From NCBI GenBank assembly GCA_965112155.1, contig OZ218103.1: a stretch of 64,000 nt of DNA. One strand, 5' to 3'. The notes under the pieces are model-generated. The model was given only the letters and a program-made list of their open reading frames with translations, searched no databases and had not been told where the DNA came from. This DNA comes from Podarcis liolepis. Taxonomy: Eukaryota. The position numbers and the translations under genes were made by a program. Shown here in pieces: positions 1 through 12,535 of the stretch. Within the stretch, counting starts at the first letter, position 1, and each line of letters begins with the position of its first letter.

Positions 1-617
1 TCCAAGTACTTCTCAAGCCCTCTGGTCTTCCTCTATTTTACAGCAGAGAAAAATGTGCTTTTAACTCATGTTACTGTCTGTGTTTTGAAAATTCCCCAGC
101 CATAAAATATTTGACAGCTCTTCAGGGCTTATCACAGTTCAACAGCTAAGACACACTGGGGGTGAGAGAGAGTTGTAAAGCAAAATCCTGATCCTTTTTT
201 ATTATTATTAAAGGACACACAGGAGCAAAATATCTTCCTTATTTCAGCAGAACCCAGAATTCCCTTCCACGTCAGCTTTGTCCTATTCAATAGTAAAAGG
301 AATAATTTCAAATATTCAGAGCATTTTTGAGACAAGGAAATCCTAGTCAACAAGGAATGCTCCTGTTCAGGGCTGTAGTCAGCCTCAATGTCTTTGCTTC
401 TTAGAGTGGGGGAAGTTTTAGGAGAGGAAAAAGGGAGAAAGGGATACTGCTTTCTTGGCTGTGCTTCACAGCACTATAGCACTTTAGACTGGGGACTGGC
501 TGCTGACCCCAAACTTGAGCATTTTAGAACTATAAAGCAGGAAGGAAGCTGGTTCTCAAGAGTGAGAAAGGAAAACAGTGCCTTATTTATTTTTCTTCCT
601 CCCCAAATTTCCCTGTA

Positions 618-859
618 CAGTGGTACCTCGGGTTACATACGCTTCAGGTTACATACGCTTCAGGTTACAGACTCCGCTAACCCAGAAATAGTACCTCGGG
701 TTAAGAACTTTGCTTCAGGATGAGAACAGAAATTGTCCTCTGGCGGCGTGGCGGCAGCGGGAGGCCCCATTAGCTAAAGTGGTGCTTCAGGTTAAGAACA
801 GTTTCAGGTTAAGAACGGACCTCCAGAACGAATTAAGTACTTAACCCGAGGTACCACTG
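618..859. mobile_element. Tc1/mariner (Tigger/pogo-like) MITE, family A
   Basis: TIRs cagtggtacctcgggtta / taacccgaggtaccactg with TA on both sides; second copy at 51262. Confidence 0.9.
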
Positions 860-959
860 TATAATGCAAGGAGGGAATTTTTTAAACCATACAGCATGGA
901 TGTAACTATAGATATAAATGATAAACTCACACAACTTCTAGTCTCTTAGGTGGAAGTTA

Positions 960-1128
960 CTGTATTTTTCGCTCTATAACACGCACCCGACCATAACACG
1001 CACGCAGTTTTTAGAGGAGGAAAATCTGTAGGCATGCCACCTGTAGGCATTCCCTCCATAACACGCACAGACATTTCCCCTTACTTTTTAGGAGGAAAAA
1101 AGTGAGTGTTATGGTGCAAAAATTACAG
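960..1128. mobile_element. Tc1/mariner MITE, family B (short variant)
   Basis: ta|ctgtatttttcgctctataa ... ttacag|ta; shares ends with the copies at 22579 and 47421. Confidence 0.8.
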
Positions 1129-2300
1129 TAAGTGTTTCTTGACAGAAAACCATGCAAAATCCAGATTTTAACAAAATCTGTGAGTGCATTCCCCCCCACA
1201 ACAACAAAAGATAGCAAGAAAGACAGGTGGTTTCTGTCTTTGACATTCAATATGAACCTGGAAATTCCATTTCCAAACAATTAGGTGAGTTAAGATTTCC
1301 TATCTCTTATACACTTAATATCAACAGTCTAAATGATCATGCATTTTCCTCAGGCCATTCTGGCATTTCAAATATTTTCTCTCTTAATTAACTCATGAGT
1401 ATACTTCTGAATACCAAGGGAGCTTTCCCCTGCATATGTAGAAACATACTAACTCACTTGGGGGTAGGGGCACTTTGCACTGACTCATCCATGTTTGCTA
1501 TTGGACATTATAATTCCAATGAATATGTAAGACGTATTCTCCTAGTAAGAAATGGGCTTTCCTTGCTTAGGACTAAAGAACAGCGACACACAGGATAGTA
1601 CAGGAGGGCATGGAGACAGAGTAGTGGGGGTCATTGCGGTTGGGGGACCAGAATAGGAGCGCTAATATGAGAAGGTGGAAGGTAGGTCATCAAATCCTTC
1701 CTCCCTGGACATTCAAATCTTCATTAAATGTTCTCAGATTTCAACCAACAATTATTAGGGCTTAAATGTTTATGTTTTTAAATATGTTGCAGTCCTTTCT
1801 GAAGCAAGCGATTAACAAGCAATAATAATAATAATAATAATACCTTCAGTGTGAAATTCGGCTTTCCTTTTTACCCTCTGGCAAAGTCAACTCCATCTTG
1901 GATTCTCAGAGCACACAGGGATGCTTTTTCAGTGTCCTCCCACCTGGGAATAATTTATGATTGACAGCTCCTGCATGGCTGGGTGAACCCATGAATGACC
2001 CATCTCCCATAGGACTGGAATGGGTAGGAGCAATCACACAAGCCTCTCCAAAGAAATTGGCACCCTGCTGGAAAGACCAACATCAATAGGCTCTGCCAAG
2101 GAGTTGAATCATGTAAGCATTATCCAAGCCACTGTAGGAGCTTCTCAACGATAAGCAACTCTCTGTCAGTGAGCCACATGAACCATTTGTTGACACAGGA
2201 GATCAAAGAAGCCTGATATGCTAAGCCATCCCTGAAGGATTGCCTTCAGGAGTGGGATTTTGTTAATGCATTTGATTTATTTGATTAATTTTTCTCTTAC

Positions 2301-2545
2301 CCTCTTGGGGCTGTTTTAGGTGGTTTCCCATTCGGTTGCAGGTCATGTCTAGCCCTGCTGAGCTTCAAACACGGAAGCACATCAGTTGCCTTCAGATCAA
2401 TTTCCCTGTATTTCCCCACTGCCACACTCCAGAATCTTGCTGATTCCGCCTCCCCAACCCATCTGTTTTTCCTTTATGTGGATCATGCTGACAGTATCTC
2501 CCTGCGGGCTTCTGTTAACAAACACCTAGCTGAGTTTCCCCACAA
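2301..2545 (-). promoter_or_regulatory. Promoter-like cluster and candidate non-coding first exon of the next gene
   Basis: GC box 2445-2455, ETS CGGAAG 2372-2377, several GGGAAA kappaB-like sites, donor GAGG|gtaagag at 2301/2300. Confidence 0.35.
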
Positions 2546-3225
2546 AACAATGCCAGTCATTTTCCTCTTATGGATGGCTGCCTTCCATACCACATGGGGA
2601 TTCACCCTCCAGTTCTCAGAATGCTTAAAGGAGGACTGGAGCAGGAAGCAGATTGCAGCTGTGCGAGGCAAAGCAGACATTGGCTTAGCATGGTTGCAAG
2701 TCCCATTCCATATGAATGTATTGGCAGTTTATCTGTATGTGAATCATCAGAATGAACTCAGTGGAAATAATAGCAGCAGATTCATAGCCAGTTGTTGGGC
2801 CTCACTGAAGACGCAGTGGTAAAAGAAAGTAAGATGCCCATGGGTTATATCTTTAGATATTTTTAAACTGCATTGCCAACTCAGAGGAGAGAAGCATATG
2901 GACAATTCTTTGGTAAGTTATCTTCCATACAGTTACATCACTGCGCAACCAACATACAACATGGCGGCTGCTTCTCCCCCTACATCTTTACAGAAGTGGT
3001 TGCTCACGCCCCACCTTGCCACTACCTCTTGATCTATGGTCAAGATGTAAATACATTGCACAAAGGTAAGATCCAAAAATTAGGCCCATGAGTGCTGTGA
3101 CCAGAGGTCTTGCTTGTAGCTCCAATTAGTAGCCCTTCTGTTTCAGCAAAGCAGAGCTAATCCCTGGGTTGAGATCCCCACTCAGACAGTTACTGTCTCT
3201 TGGCCTATCCTATCTGCAGTGCAAA

Positions 3226-3515
3226 CTATGGAATTGCCTCCTACAAGGGTAGTGAATGCCATCAACTTGGATGGCTTAAAAAGAGAATTATACACATTCA
3301 TGGAGCGCAAAGTGATCAATGGCTATGTTCTACCTTCACTGTTGAAGGCAGGAAGGCTCTGACTGCCAGTCACTAGGAATCATAGCTGGGGAGTGTGTTG
3401 TTGAGCTCAGCTGCTGCTTCCTGGTTTCCCATAGGCATCTGGTTGGACACTATGAGAACACTGGACTGGACTGGGCCATTGGTTTGATCCAGCAGCCCCT
3501 CTTATGCTCTCATGT
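3226..3515 (+). mobile_element. CR1 LINE 3' end
   Basis: aacttggatggcttaaaaagagaatta...ttcatggag and ctggactgggccattggtttgatccagc...cttatg tail. Confidence 0.7.
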
Positions 3516-3692
3516 ACCTCACAGGATTGGGGTGAAGATAAAATGGGAAACTGGAAAACCTCATATCCCACCTTGAGCACCTTGATGGAAAAGTGGGTTG
3601 TGAATGTAATAGTAAATAAACAAACATATTTCACACAGAACAGACATCAGACAGGTTTGTCTGTAGGCCAGCACTTCCACCATACCCAAACA

Positions 3693-3698
3693 TTTATT
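3693..3698 (-). terminator. Polyadenylation signal AATAAA (probable distal SRGAP2 site)
   Basis: Minus-strand AATAAA with upstream TGTA elements and downstream tgtctgttctgtgtg/tgtttgtttattt. Confidence 0.55.
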
Positions 3699-6659
3699 TT
3701 TCCAAAACTATTGCTAATGACAACAGATATATTTGTTTCCCCTCAGCACGGATTTAACAGTTCCAACACATTTACTCCTCTAATACTGTACAATACTGTA
3801 CCAAAAAGAAAGAAGAGATGTACCTCCAATATTGTACATAGTAGTATATATACAAAGTACAATTTTACAGTTCACTTGGGTTTTTTTTCTTTTTCTTTTT
3901 ACTTTGAAAGGAAAATATATACACCATATATATAGACTGGTGTAGAAGATAAACAAACAAATGGAAAATTGCTTTTAAAACAAGAACATTTCATTCCAAA
4001 CCCATTAAAACAACAGTTGTTAATTTAAAAACAACAACAACCCATATGCACTGAATGGACCCAAACCTGACTTTGCAGGATTAGATTTTAAAACATAAAA
4101 ATTGAAGACTGTTAGACTGTGCAACTGAACTGTGTTACATACAGTAGAATAAAGACATCACTGCCATTCCTTTTTCAAATATATATATGCGTTAGCATTT
4201 TGGCTACATGGATTACTGTCTTTTACGTCACCTGTTCATATTTTAAGTATATTGCTCTAGCAATTTGGCACCCACAGAGCCCAATCCAGGAAGCTCTGTT
4301 TAGGCAGATTATAGCCTTCAACTTCCAGAGAGAGAGAGAAATCTTGCTAGTGCCACTATAACTTGAAGCTTTATTTCCATCATATGGACCATCTCACTCG
4401 TACAGAAGAAAACACAGCCTAAAAGATATTGGTTCAAAGGTGATTCTAAGATTGCATTTTTTTTATTTAAAAAAATTGGAAATATTTGCATTGGAAGCTC
4501 ACACATTGTTTATTATTTTATTTTAAAGAAGCAATAACCCAGACCCTTAAATAGACTCCCTCATGCTTGCCAGATCAACTATGATGGACATTCCTATTAC
4601 ATTTTGCTTCTTTTGCATTTAAGCATTCAAACAGGAAAAGTTGTTGAAACCTTCGAAAAGCAGCTACTGCACGTGCATATTTGGTTGTGCGCTATGCAGC
4701 AGAGAGGCAAGATTGACTTTTCCAAAGCATTGTGCGGTCCAAGCTTCATTCATAATTATCTGAGTTGGGAAAACATTTCTAGAAGCTATTCATAAAGCTA
4801 TAAGCAAGGCAGAAATCTCCCCAGGAATACAAATTTTTAGGACCCATCTTTCCTAGTCATGTCTGAGACAATTTAGCACCACATTTACATCCAAACCATT
4901 TGCTTGACACACACGTACGTGTTGCTCTTTTGAGAAATTGCATCCTAAAAGACACTCAAGCCAGAGACTTTCCGGGTAAACATGTCTCATATATGACTTT
5001 GCAGGCTTATAAGCAAAGAGAAACTTGGTTCTCAGTTTCCTCCCTGTGTCTTAGGTACGTATTTCATTATAGTTTTGTAGCTACCCTACTGAAAGCTTGC
5101 TGTATTTTAAAGCACAATATACATTACACCCTAGAAAAGTCAGTGAAAGGAAAGATTAGTCCTGAAAGGTGTTCAGCCCTTTGGACCCAGAAAACATGTC
5201 AGCTAAAATTTGTTATCAAAGAGAATGGCTACATTCATGAGGCTCTAGTGTTTCCCATGCAACAGGGCCAGATACCAGAATTGGGAGATACCAGCACCTT
5301 GGGAGCGAAGTCCAAACCAGTGAAGGATATGATCAGACAAACTCTTTCTCTTTCCTCTTGAAACAATCCAGAAGCATGCCAGATGAAGGCATAGGAGGCA
5401 GACATGTTAGAGGAAATGAGAGACCCTGGGCTCCCTAGCAAACTCCGAAGGGAGAATGATACAGGGGCTGGGTGTTTCAACTGTGGAGGGTCTCTCTTCT
5501 CCCTGGTATGCTCCCCCTGTTTCAGGTCATTAATAGGGGGAGCAGTTTGGAGAAGATGGGCAACTAATGTCACCTGCAGCCCAAAATCAGGGTCAGAAAG
5601 ACAGTTGAGATGCAATTGTGCTGGTCTCAAATAACAGTGCTCTATTCAAGTGAAAAGTTACAGAGAGTTACAGATACAGACGTTATGCACTGTTATGCAG
5701 AGACATAAATCTTTGGAGGACTGGACCTTGTGGGCAGCAATGGTGGCTTCAGGGAAATTCTGACTTTCGCCCAGCCTGGGGGCCCAACCTTCGTGGAGGC
5801 TCATCAAAAGAAAGCTAAATGCCATTGGCCATGGCTGTAGGAAGAGCAAAAGCACCTGCTTTGTTGCACATCTGGCATTTCTACTTTCTATTGGGGGTGG
5901 GGCAGGATGTTACCTGAACAGAATATTATTCAAACAATTGTATATTAGCAAGAGACTGGTGGTTTGAGGGATTCCCACCCCCCTCAATAAGTATGTAAAG
6001 GATAGATTTGTTCATGATCACAGTGTTATTTAATATCCAGTGCTTCACCATTCAGTCAGTAGAGATATAAGGGAAACACGATGTTTTAGCATTGGTGTGC
6101 GCGTGTGTGTGGGGTGGTGGTGTGATATTTCAGTGTATTAGCATGTGTATCTGAGCCTAGAAGTTGAAAGGCACATTTAGATAACCACCATTTGAAAGAA
6201 AGTGAGATGCTTAACAGTAAGTGAAACACATTTTTCTATGGTCAGCTAAGAATTTAGTTGCCAAGTTACAGGTAAAGAAACTCCAGATTGTCAGCTAAAA
6301 TGCTTTTATTTCCCTCTATAATGTCTGTGTATTACCTCCATCTATTTGTTAAATGCTGGTCTTGCATAGGACACTAAATTACATCGACTTTTGGCTTTGT
6401 ATCTCACGCTGGTAGGTGAAGTTGCATCTTATGGGCATATCTAAACCACAGATGAACAGAACAATCCTCTGCAGGGTCATTTGGCAATAAGTCCCACTGT
6501 ATTCAGTGCAGATTCCTGGGAAACTGAATGGGACTACAGCATTAAAATCAGGTTTTGGTGGTGTTGGGGTTTTTTTTTAAAGTAATGCCCTCTTTCCAGT
6601 GAACCTGAGTATCTGTATGTTGTGTGTGGGCATGTTTGTAACGTAGATATGCCCTAAAT

Positions 6660-6782
6660 CAGAATTTGCCAACTTGGTACCCTCCAGAAGTTTTGGACTG
6701 CAACTCCATGGGCTGGATGGGGCAGATGGGAGTTGTAGTTCAAAGCATTTGGAGGGCACTGGGTTGGCAAAGGCTGCCCCAA
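6660..6782. mobile_element. Old palindromic hAT MITE inside the presumed 3' UTR
   Basis: ccctccagaagttttggactgcaactcc / gggagttgtagttcaaagcatttggaggg; related pieces at ~14080-14140, ~37840-37935 and ~46010-46100. Confidence 0.65.
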
Positions 6783-9642
6783 CCACAGTAATTCATGTAC
6801 CAGAGATATGTGGGAAGCGCCCTTTCCATTAGCGCAAGGGCATGAAAATCTATGCAAGAGAAACTGATCCAAATTGCCTAACTTAGAGATTTTAAACTAA
6901 GCAATTCAAGCAATTTTTAAAATATATATATAAACAATGAACATTCCTTGGAGCTTGCCTGGGGAAAGTTGTTTTCACATATACATGTTCAATATGGTGC
7001 ATGTTTTAAAATTCCGGTTGGATAGCATATGATATGGTGTACATCCTTTGACATTTCTACTTCCTTTTTAGTAGGTCCTCCCTAGTGCTGAGTTCAGCCA
7101 AAAAAGAAAAAAAAAAGCAAGTTATATACAGAAAGGTCATAAAAATATCAAGCCATTAATCATTATTTTTTTGCCAGTTTGCACCCATATACCAAAGCAC
7201 TTTGAAGACGTGAAATCTCATTTTGTTCCAATGTGCCTTGGGTGGCCGGCATGCCCTTCACTGGTACAAGGCATGGTATAAAACCTAGACAAAATAAGGC
7301 ATTGCTAGCATGTGCTCAATAGCTTTTCTATGAATAAATTCTGCCTCCATCCCTGCACCCCACCTTGGCGACATAACACTAGGCCTGCTAATGCCTTGTG
7401 CTAAAGGGAGCCCCATGTGCCTTCAATGACAGTAGTTAACGTGTGCTGCAGGAAAGGGAAAGGTTGCACCTAACTCAACTGCCGTGTTGCTGCTATAGGC
7501 ACAGAAGCCCTGCTCTGGCCAAGAAGCTGGCAACCCTAACATGAACTTACAAAACTAAAAAAAACCCAGTAGTTTTGCCTGAGTGAAACACTATTCTCTT
7601 AAAAAAGAAGAAGCAGAAGCAGCAATAATAAAGAATTAAGATTCCTGGATTAGAAGTCTGTCCCACCCTGAGAATGAATGATCAGGTTGCAGCGCTCAGG
7701 TCTTTCACTTGAGCTGGCCAAGGTCCAAGATGCAGAGTTAATGTGCACACACATACCAGGGAGTGAGGTGGGTGGGCGATGTCTGTGTATTTAAAAGGCA
7801 ACAGCTAGTAAAATGTTAAGGAACAGAAATGCCCCTCCATTAAAAAAAAATGCAAAAAACATTTTACATGGTTTTGTTTCTACCACCATTTGTGAGATTG
7901 TCAAGTCTTTTTAGACATAATTTAAAAAAAACAACACAATTTCCCCCTAACGTGTAGGGAGCTTAAAAGAAAATGTCTGACTAACAACCTTAGATTAATC
8001 TGAAGACTACTGCAATTTTGTTTACATAAGATTAAGTATTTTGCTTCTATTAAAATATCAAATACCAACGATTTCATTCATAAAACCACAAGAAAACAGA
8101 CTGCAGTTCAGACCTAGCGCATGAAAGAAAAACACATTTCAGTTCCTTATCTTGCCCTCAGCAGAGGATCAAAGAAGGGTGATGGAATCCATATTAATTA
8201 ATTGTTCCTTTGGTTGGTGGTGATAGAGGCAGCAGAGAAATTCCCAGTTGCTTATGAAGTCTGCATTTCTTCTTTTTTAAAATGATTACCCTCTTGAAAA
8301 ATATATTCCCATTCAATGCAAACATGAGTCCATACAGTCTGTTGGAATTCAGAACAATTGCAGTCCATCACTGTAAATGCCAGATGTAAAGATGATTCAT
8401 TTTACTGTCTGTACTTATAGACATGGTGACCTGGCACAGAAATATGCTGAATACTGGACTATGTCCACGTCCCACAACAGCTTTTAATTTATTTGCCCTA
8501 TGCTGCCATATCAGAAGCTCATAGGAGACTGAGCCACAAGCTGAGGAGGGGGTGGGATGTGGGGCAGAGAAGAGAGAGACAGAGACAAGCAGGGTCAAGC
8601 TGCTAACTGGGATTACCAGATCTTGAGTCTATGATTGTTCAGAACTGGAGTGGTTGGCCTGAAACTATCTCATTTTGCAAAGACGAGTAAAGATGTACAC
8701 ACTTGGAAATGCCAGAAGAGAGACAGAGAAAGACTGATCAGTAGTAGCTGGTTTTCAAAATTTAACCTACGTTTTCAGTTTTGTCTCCTGGGTGCCCATG
8801 AAAGTGCAGAGAGGTTGTTCTAGAGACACTGTTTGAAAATCTCATTTCAAAAGCATTCGCGCTGCTTTTAGATCTGGAAGCACCAAGCAAAGATATAAGT
8901 AGGGGATATTTAACCATGCAAGCTCTAATGCTCTTTATTTCCCCTGCAATATCAGTTTAACTTTAAATGAACACATGCATATGTGCATGTAAGATGCCTC
9001 ATTTAAACCAAGGCTAAGCTTGTGCACTTTTCATGATTTCTTTTTTAAACACAGGACAGAAAACGTATGTCTGAGAACATGTACCCCTGAAAAATGATGC
9101 AGGCTGTAATGGAAACTGACCTGACCCTGTGTGCCACCATTATGCACTGTAATAGTGGACAAAAATACGCCCCAGGCATACCCGGCCATCTAAACCAGTG
9201 AGATCAAAAACATCCATGGGTGAACAATATTGTATTGTATCCCTGTAGTGGTTGAAGCACAGAAGTCTTTTCTGCTAACCTCTAAAAGATGACCCTGACG
9301 GTTTCCCTTAGTGACCAGACACTCAAACAAGGCATTGACTGTTTACCACTCAGTTCTGTCTTTTCCTCACTGATTTCACAGCAACCTGATACAAGGCTTT
9401 CTATGTCTCGGGCTACACAGAGCTGTGATGTCCTAGCATCACAGGTGATGGGAGGTGCAAAATGAGACTTAATTAGTTGGGGCTTTCCTGTCGGGAGAAT
9501 CCCTGGCGATGGTAACTTCCAAACTAATCTTCAGCAGAAGTTCAGTACTAATTAAATAGAAATTTCTAACATCTCCTTAACAGGGTCCCCTCATCTGAAA
9601 CAAACAAAAAATTTTTGCTATATTCACAGTAGGCTTTCAAGT

Positions 9643-10023
9643 TCAGACAGTACAGGACTTGTCAGTAGACTGTTGAGATGCTGAGGCAACCACAGGGCTT
9701 GTGGTGTTTGTTTTGGGGAAAACCGCAGGCTTTGGCCTGGTTGCTGGAGGTTTGACCGGGGCGGCCATTTTGACAGACTTTGCTGGCCTGAAAGCGCAGG
9801 GAATGTCGCTTGCCGTGCTGGCACTCCGCTGGAAAGCTGGTTCAGAGTCTTTGAGGATCTGAGTATGCAATGGGCTGGAAGGCTCCGAGGTGGGGGCCAC
9901 AACAGGAGAGGTTTTCAACGGCTCCAGGGTGTCCAGGACAACATCTGGCGCGTGCTTCACGCTGCTTTGCCTTTCCAGCTCCCGCAGCTCGTTCAGAGCA
10001 GAGTTCATAGTAGCTTCAATATC
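9643..10023 (-). CDS. SRGAP2: SRGAP2 exon 22 coding part (DIEATMNSALNELRELERQ...STDKSCTV*)
   Basis: gcag|GAT ATT; 381 nt to TGA; C-terminus matches recalled SRGAP2. Confidence 0.97.
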   Translation of the reverse strand, partial: DIEATMNSALNELRELERQSSVKHAPDVVLDTLEPLKTSPVVAPTSEPSSPLHTQILKDSEPAFQRSASTASDIPCAFRPAKSVKMAAPVKPPATRPKPAVFPKTNTTSPVVASASQQSTDKSCTV

Positions 10024-12043
10024 CTGCAAAAGAGAGACGTTGGAAGCAATTAAAGGAGCTAGAAAACAGCTCAACTAATTCTCTGTGTTGTCTCTAAAAT
10101 ATTAAGCAAAAGCAGACAGTGGCAGATGCTGCTCCTGTCGTAAGAGGAATGATATGGCATGGAAAATCTCTTCCTAGTGGCATGACCAGTCCCACTATCA
10201 CCCTTCCCTGCAAGGTAATATGGACAGGGTGGGAAACTATGTGGCCAGAGGACCAGCCTGTTGCTAACTGTATGAGGCCAGGCATCCAACCAACTAAAAA
10301 ATTATTGTATTTAGAGTTGAAGACTTTAGCTAGATCATACATGTTTTCATAAAGCTGCATGGGTGGACTGGAGCTATATTCTCCTTACTTTCTGACCATC
10401 AATTGCCTTCTCTTTCAAGCCTTGAGAACTAGAGCTCAGCAAACCAAGAGGCCTCTATGATTTTATTCTGAGCTTGGTGCCTTTTATCATTGGAAGGGAT
10501 GTTGGCTTTATATGTGGTACTCAAGACAAATTGTTGCGGAATTTCAGTCCAGAGTGCATGCCAGGTAATCACACTTTTCTTTAAACCTTTTCCCGGATGG
10601 CTGGTAGGAAATGACTGAAACACTGGTAGATAATAGCTTGGAAAGCAAGGAGATGGATAAGAGTAACAAGAATGATGCTTGAGAAAACAGACTCCTCAAA
10701 AAGAGTAGAAACCCATTATGCTGCTAACTATGTGGCAAATGAGCAACATGCAACTCTAAATCTGGAACGTGACACATATCAGCATTTCCTCACTGAAGTC
10801 ACTTGCTATTCTATAGTGTTTTTAAAAGATATATGAAAAATGTTGCTTATATGACACTTCATTCTTGCTTCACATGAAAGATGCAGGAAATAATGCAAAG
10901 GTCACAATTAGGAACGAGCATCAAGCCTTTTTTCTTTTTTTCTTTTTAAAGATCTTGGCTGGATCATGACCTAAGTTTGCTTAGAAGTTCAGCTGTAGAT
11001 GTGGCCTTGACTGGTGCAATGCGATTCTTGGAGAGCTAAATGATTTAGCGTTTCCATGACTCACATCTTGGCTACAACATTTTCGTTTCCTCATAGGCAT
11101 TTTAAGGCACACAGGGAGGTAAATCAGTCAAGGAGGAGGATGAACCAAAGACGGTAACCAGATTCCTTCCATCACAGTCTGAAAAGATCTTAAAGCAAAA
11201 CACAGAGATACTGGTGTCAAATGCAAGAGGTGTAGCTCACACTGTTTGAAATGACACCTAAGAGTACATGAAAGGGGAGCTCTAATTTAATGCAGCTCAT
11301 TTTTCTTTTATTGAGTATATTTCCCTATGGAAACAATAAATTACATAAGGGCAAAAAGAGGAGGGTGGATAAAAGCAGAATTTAACTGAAAGGCAAGAGA
11401 GGCTGCTATATGTCATTCAAAGCATTGCAAAAAAGATATAACCCACATGTAGCCTTCTCATATAAACAAAAGGAGGAAATGTACCATAAGGGGAAAGGAC
11501 AGCTTTCCAGAAGAGGACCACAATATGTATTATAGACAAGGCAGAAACTGTAGAAGGTAGATCCTGTTCTCAGGGCTGGTTAGTATAGCCAAGATCCAGC
11601 CCTAATCGTGACCTCTATTTACAATCCAATCTGTGGTGTCCAAGAATCTGAAATGCCTTATGAAAAGTTCAGCATCAACTTCAGCATGAATCATATGCTA
11701 TTGAAACAGGTGAGATGAGAATGCATGACGGGCACAGGACTGCAGCCCAAATGGTAAATGACATGGTGGTTGGTTCTGCTCATATTGAGTGCCTTACAAC
11801 AAATAACTGGACAGGAAAAGAAATCTGTTTCATGCCCCACACCCCAACAGGGGGCAGGGAACAACAGATAGAGACAATGTGTGCCTGCTTATTTCCAAGA
11901 CCAGATTTCCGGATGCTGTGATAATGTGCTTCAAGGAATTATCTATTAGTATTTGAAGGGACTTTATTCTCTGATGTTTTAATACAGTTTCTTTCTCTCC
12001 CTTTAGAATTAAGTGGTTATATAGTCCCCCCCCCCTTTAAAGT

Positions 12044-12102
12044 GTGTGTAGTGTGTGTGTGTGTGTGTGTGTGTATCTATATCTATATCTATATTTCTAT
12101 AC
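12044..12102. repeat. (GT)n plus (ATCTAT)n microsatellite
   Basis: Direct reading. Confidence 0.9.
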
Positions 12103-12170
12103 ACCTGCCCTAAGGTGGAATAAACAATGAAATAAAAGTAATTGCACACGGCCAGGAGGTATAAAAAATA

Positions 12171-12535
12171 GGGACGCAGGTGGCGCTGTGGGTAAAACCT
12201 CAGTGCCTAGGACTTGCCGATCGTATGGTCGGCGGTTCGAATTCCCACGGCGGGGTGAGCTCCCGTCTTTCGGTCACAGCTCCTGCCCACCTAGCAGTTC
12301 GAAAGCACCCTTAACTGCAAGTAGATAAATAGGTACCGCTTTATAGCAGGAAGGTAAACGGCGTTTCCGTGTGCTGCGCTGGTGCAGGCTCGCCAGAGCA
12401 GCTTCGTCACGCTGGCCACGTGACCCGGAAGTGTCTCCGGACAGCGCTGGCCCCCGGCCTCTTAAGTGAGATGGGCGCGCAACCCTAGAGTCGGACACGA
12501 CTGGCCTGTACGGGCAGGGGTACCTTTACCTTTTT
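12171..12535 (+). mobile_element. Sauria SINE, full length
   Basis: tRNA-derived head gggacgcaggtggcgctgtgg, B box ggttcgaattcc, tail acctttaccttt; 13-bp duplication aggaggtataaaa at 12154-12166 and 12536-12548. Confidence 0.9.

Larger units (their letters stand above)
3675..9642 (-). other. SRGAP2: Probable ~6 kb SRGAP2 3' UTR
   Basis: Follows the stop codon; AT-rich and nearly transposon-free; Pumilio-type TGTATATA elements (3847-3854, 3916-3923, 7123-7130); ends at an AATAAA with GU-rich downstream sequence. The end point is inferred. Confidence 0.6.

Noticed and set aside
630-830. Recurring cttcaggtta units that superficially resemble a CRISPR-like array
   Set aside because: Internal subterminal repeats of a MITE; eukaryotic context, no unique spacers, no cas genes
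4900-5634. 153- and 131-aa ORFs
   Set aside because: Lie within the presumed 3' UTR; no recognisable protein features
12171-12260. tRNA-like A/B boxes (also at 56321 and 51863)
   Set aside because: These are SINE heads, not tRNA genes; no full cloverleaf or acceptor stem
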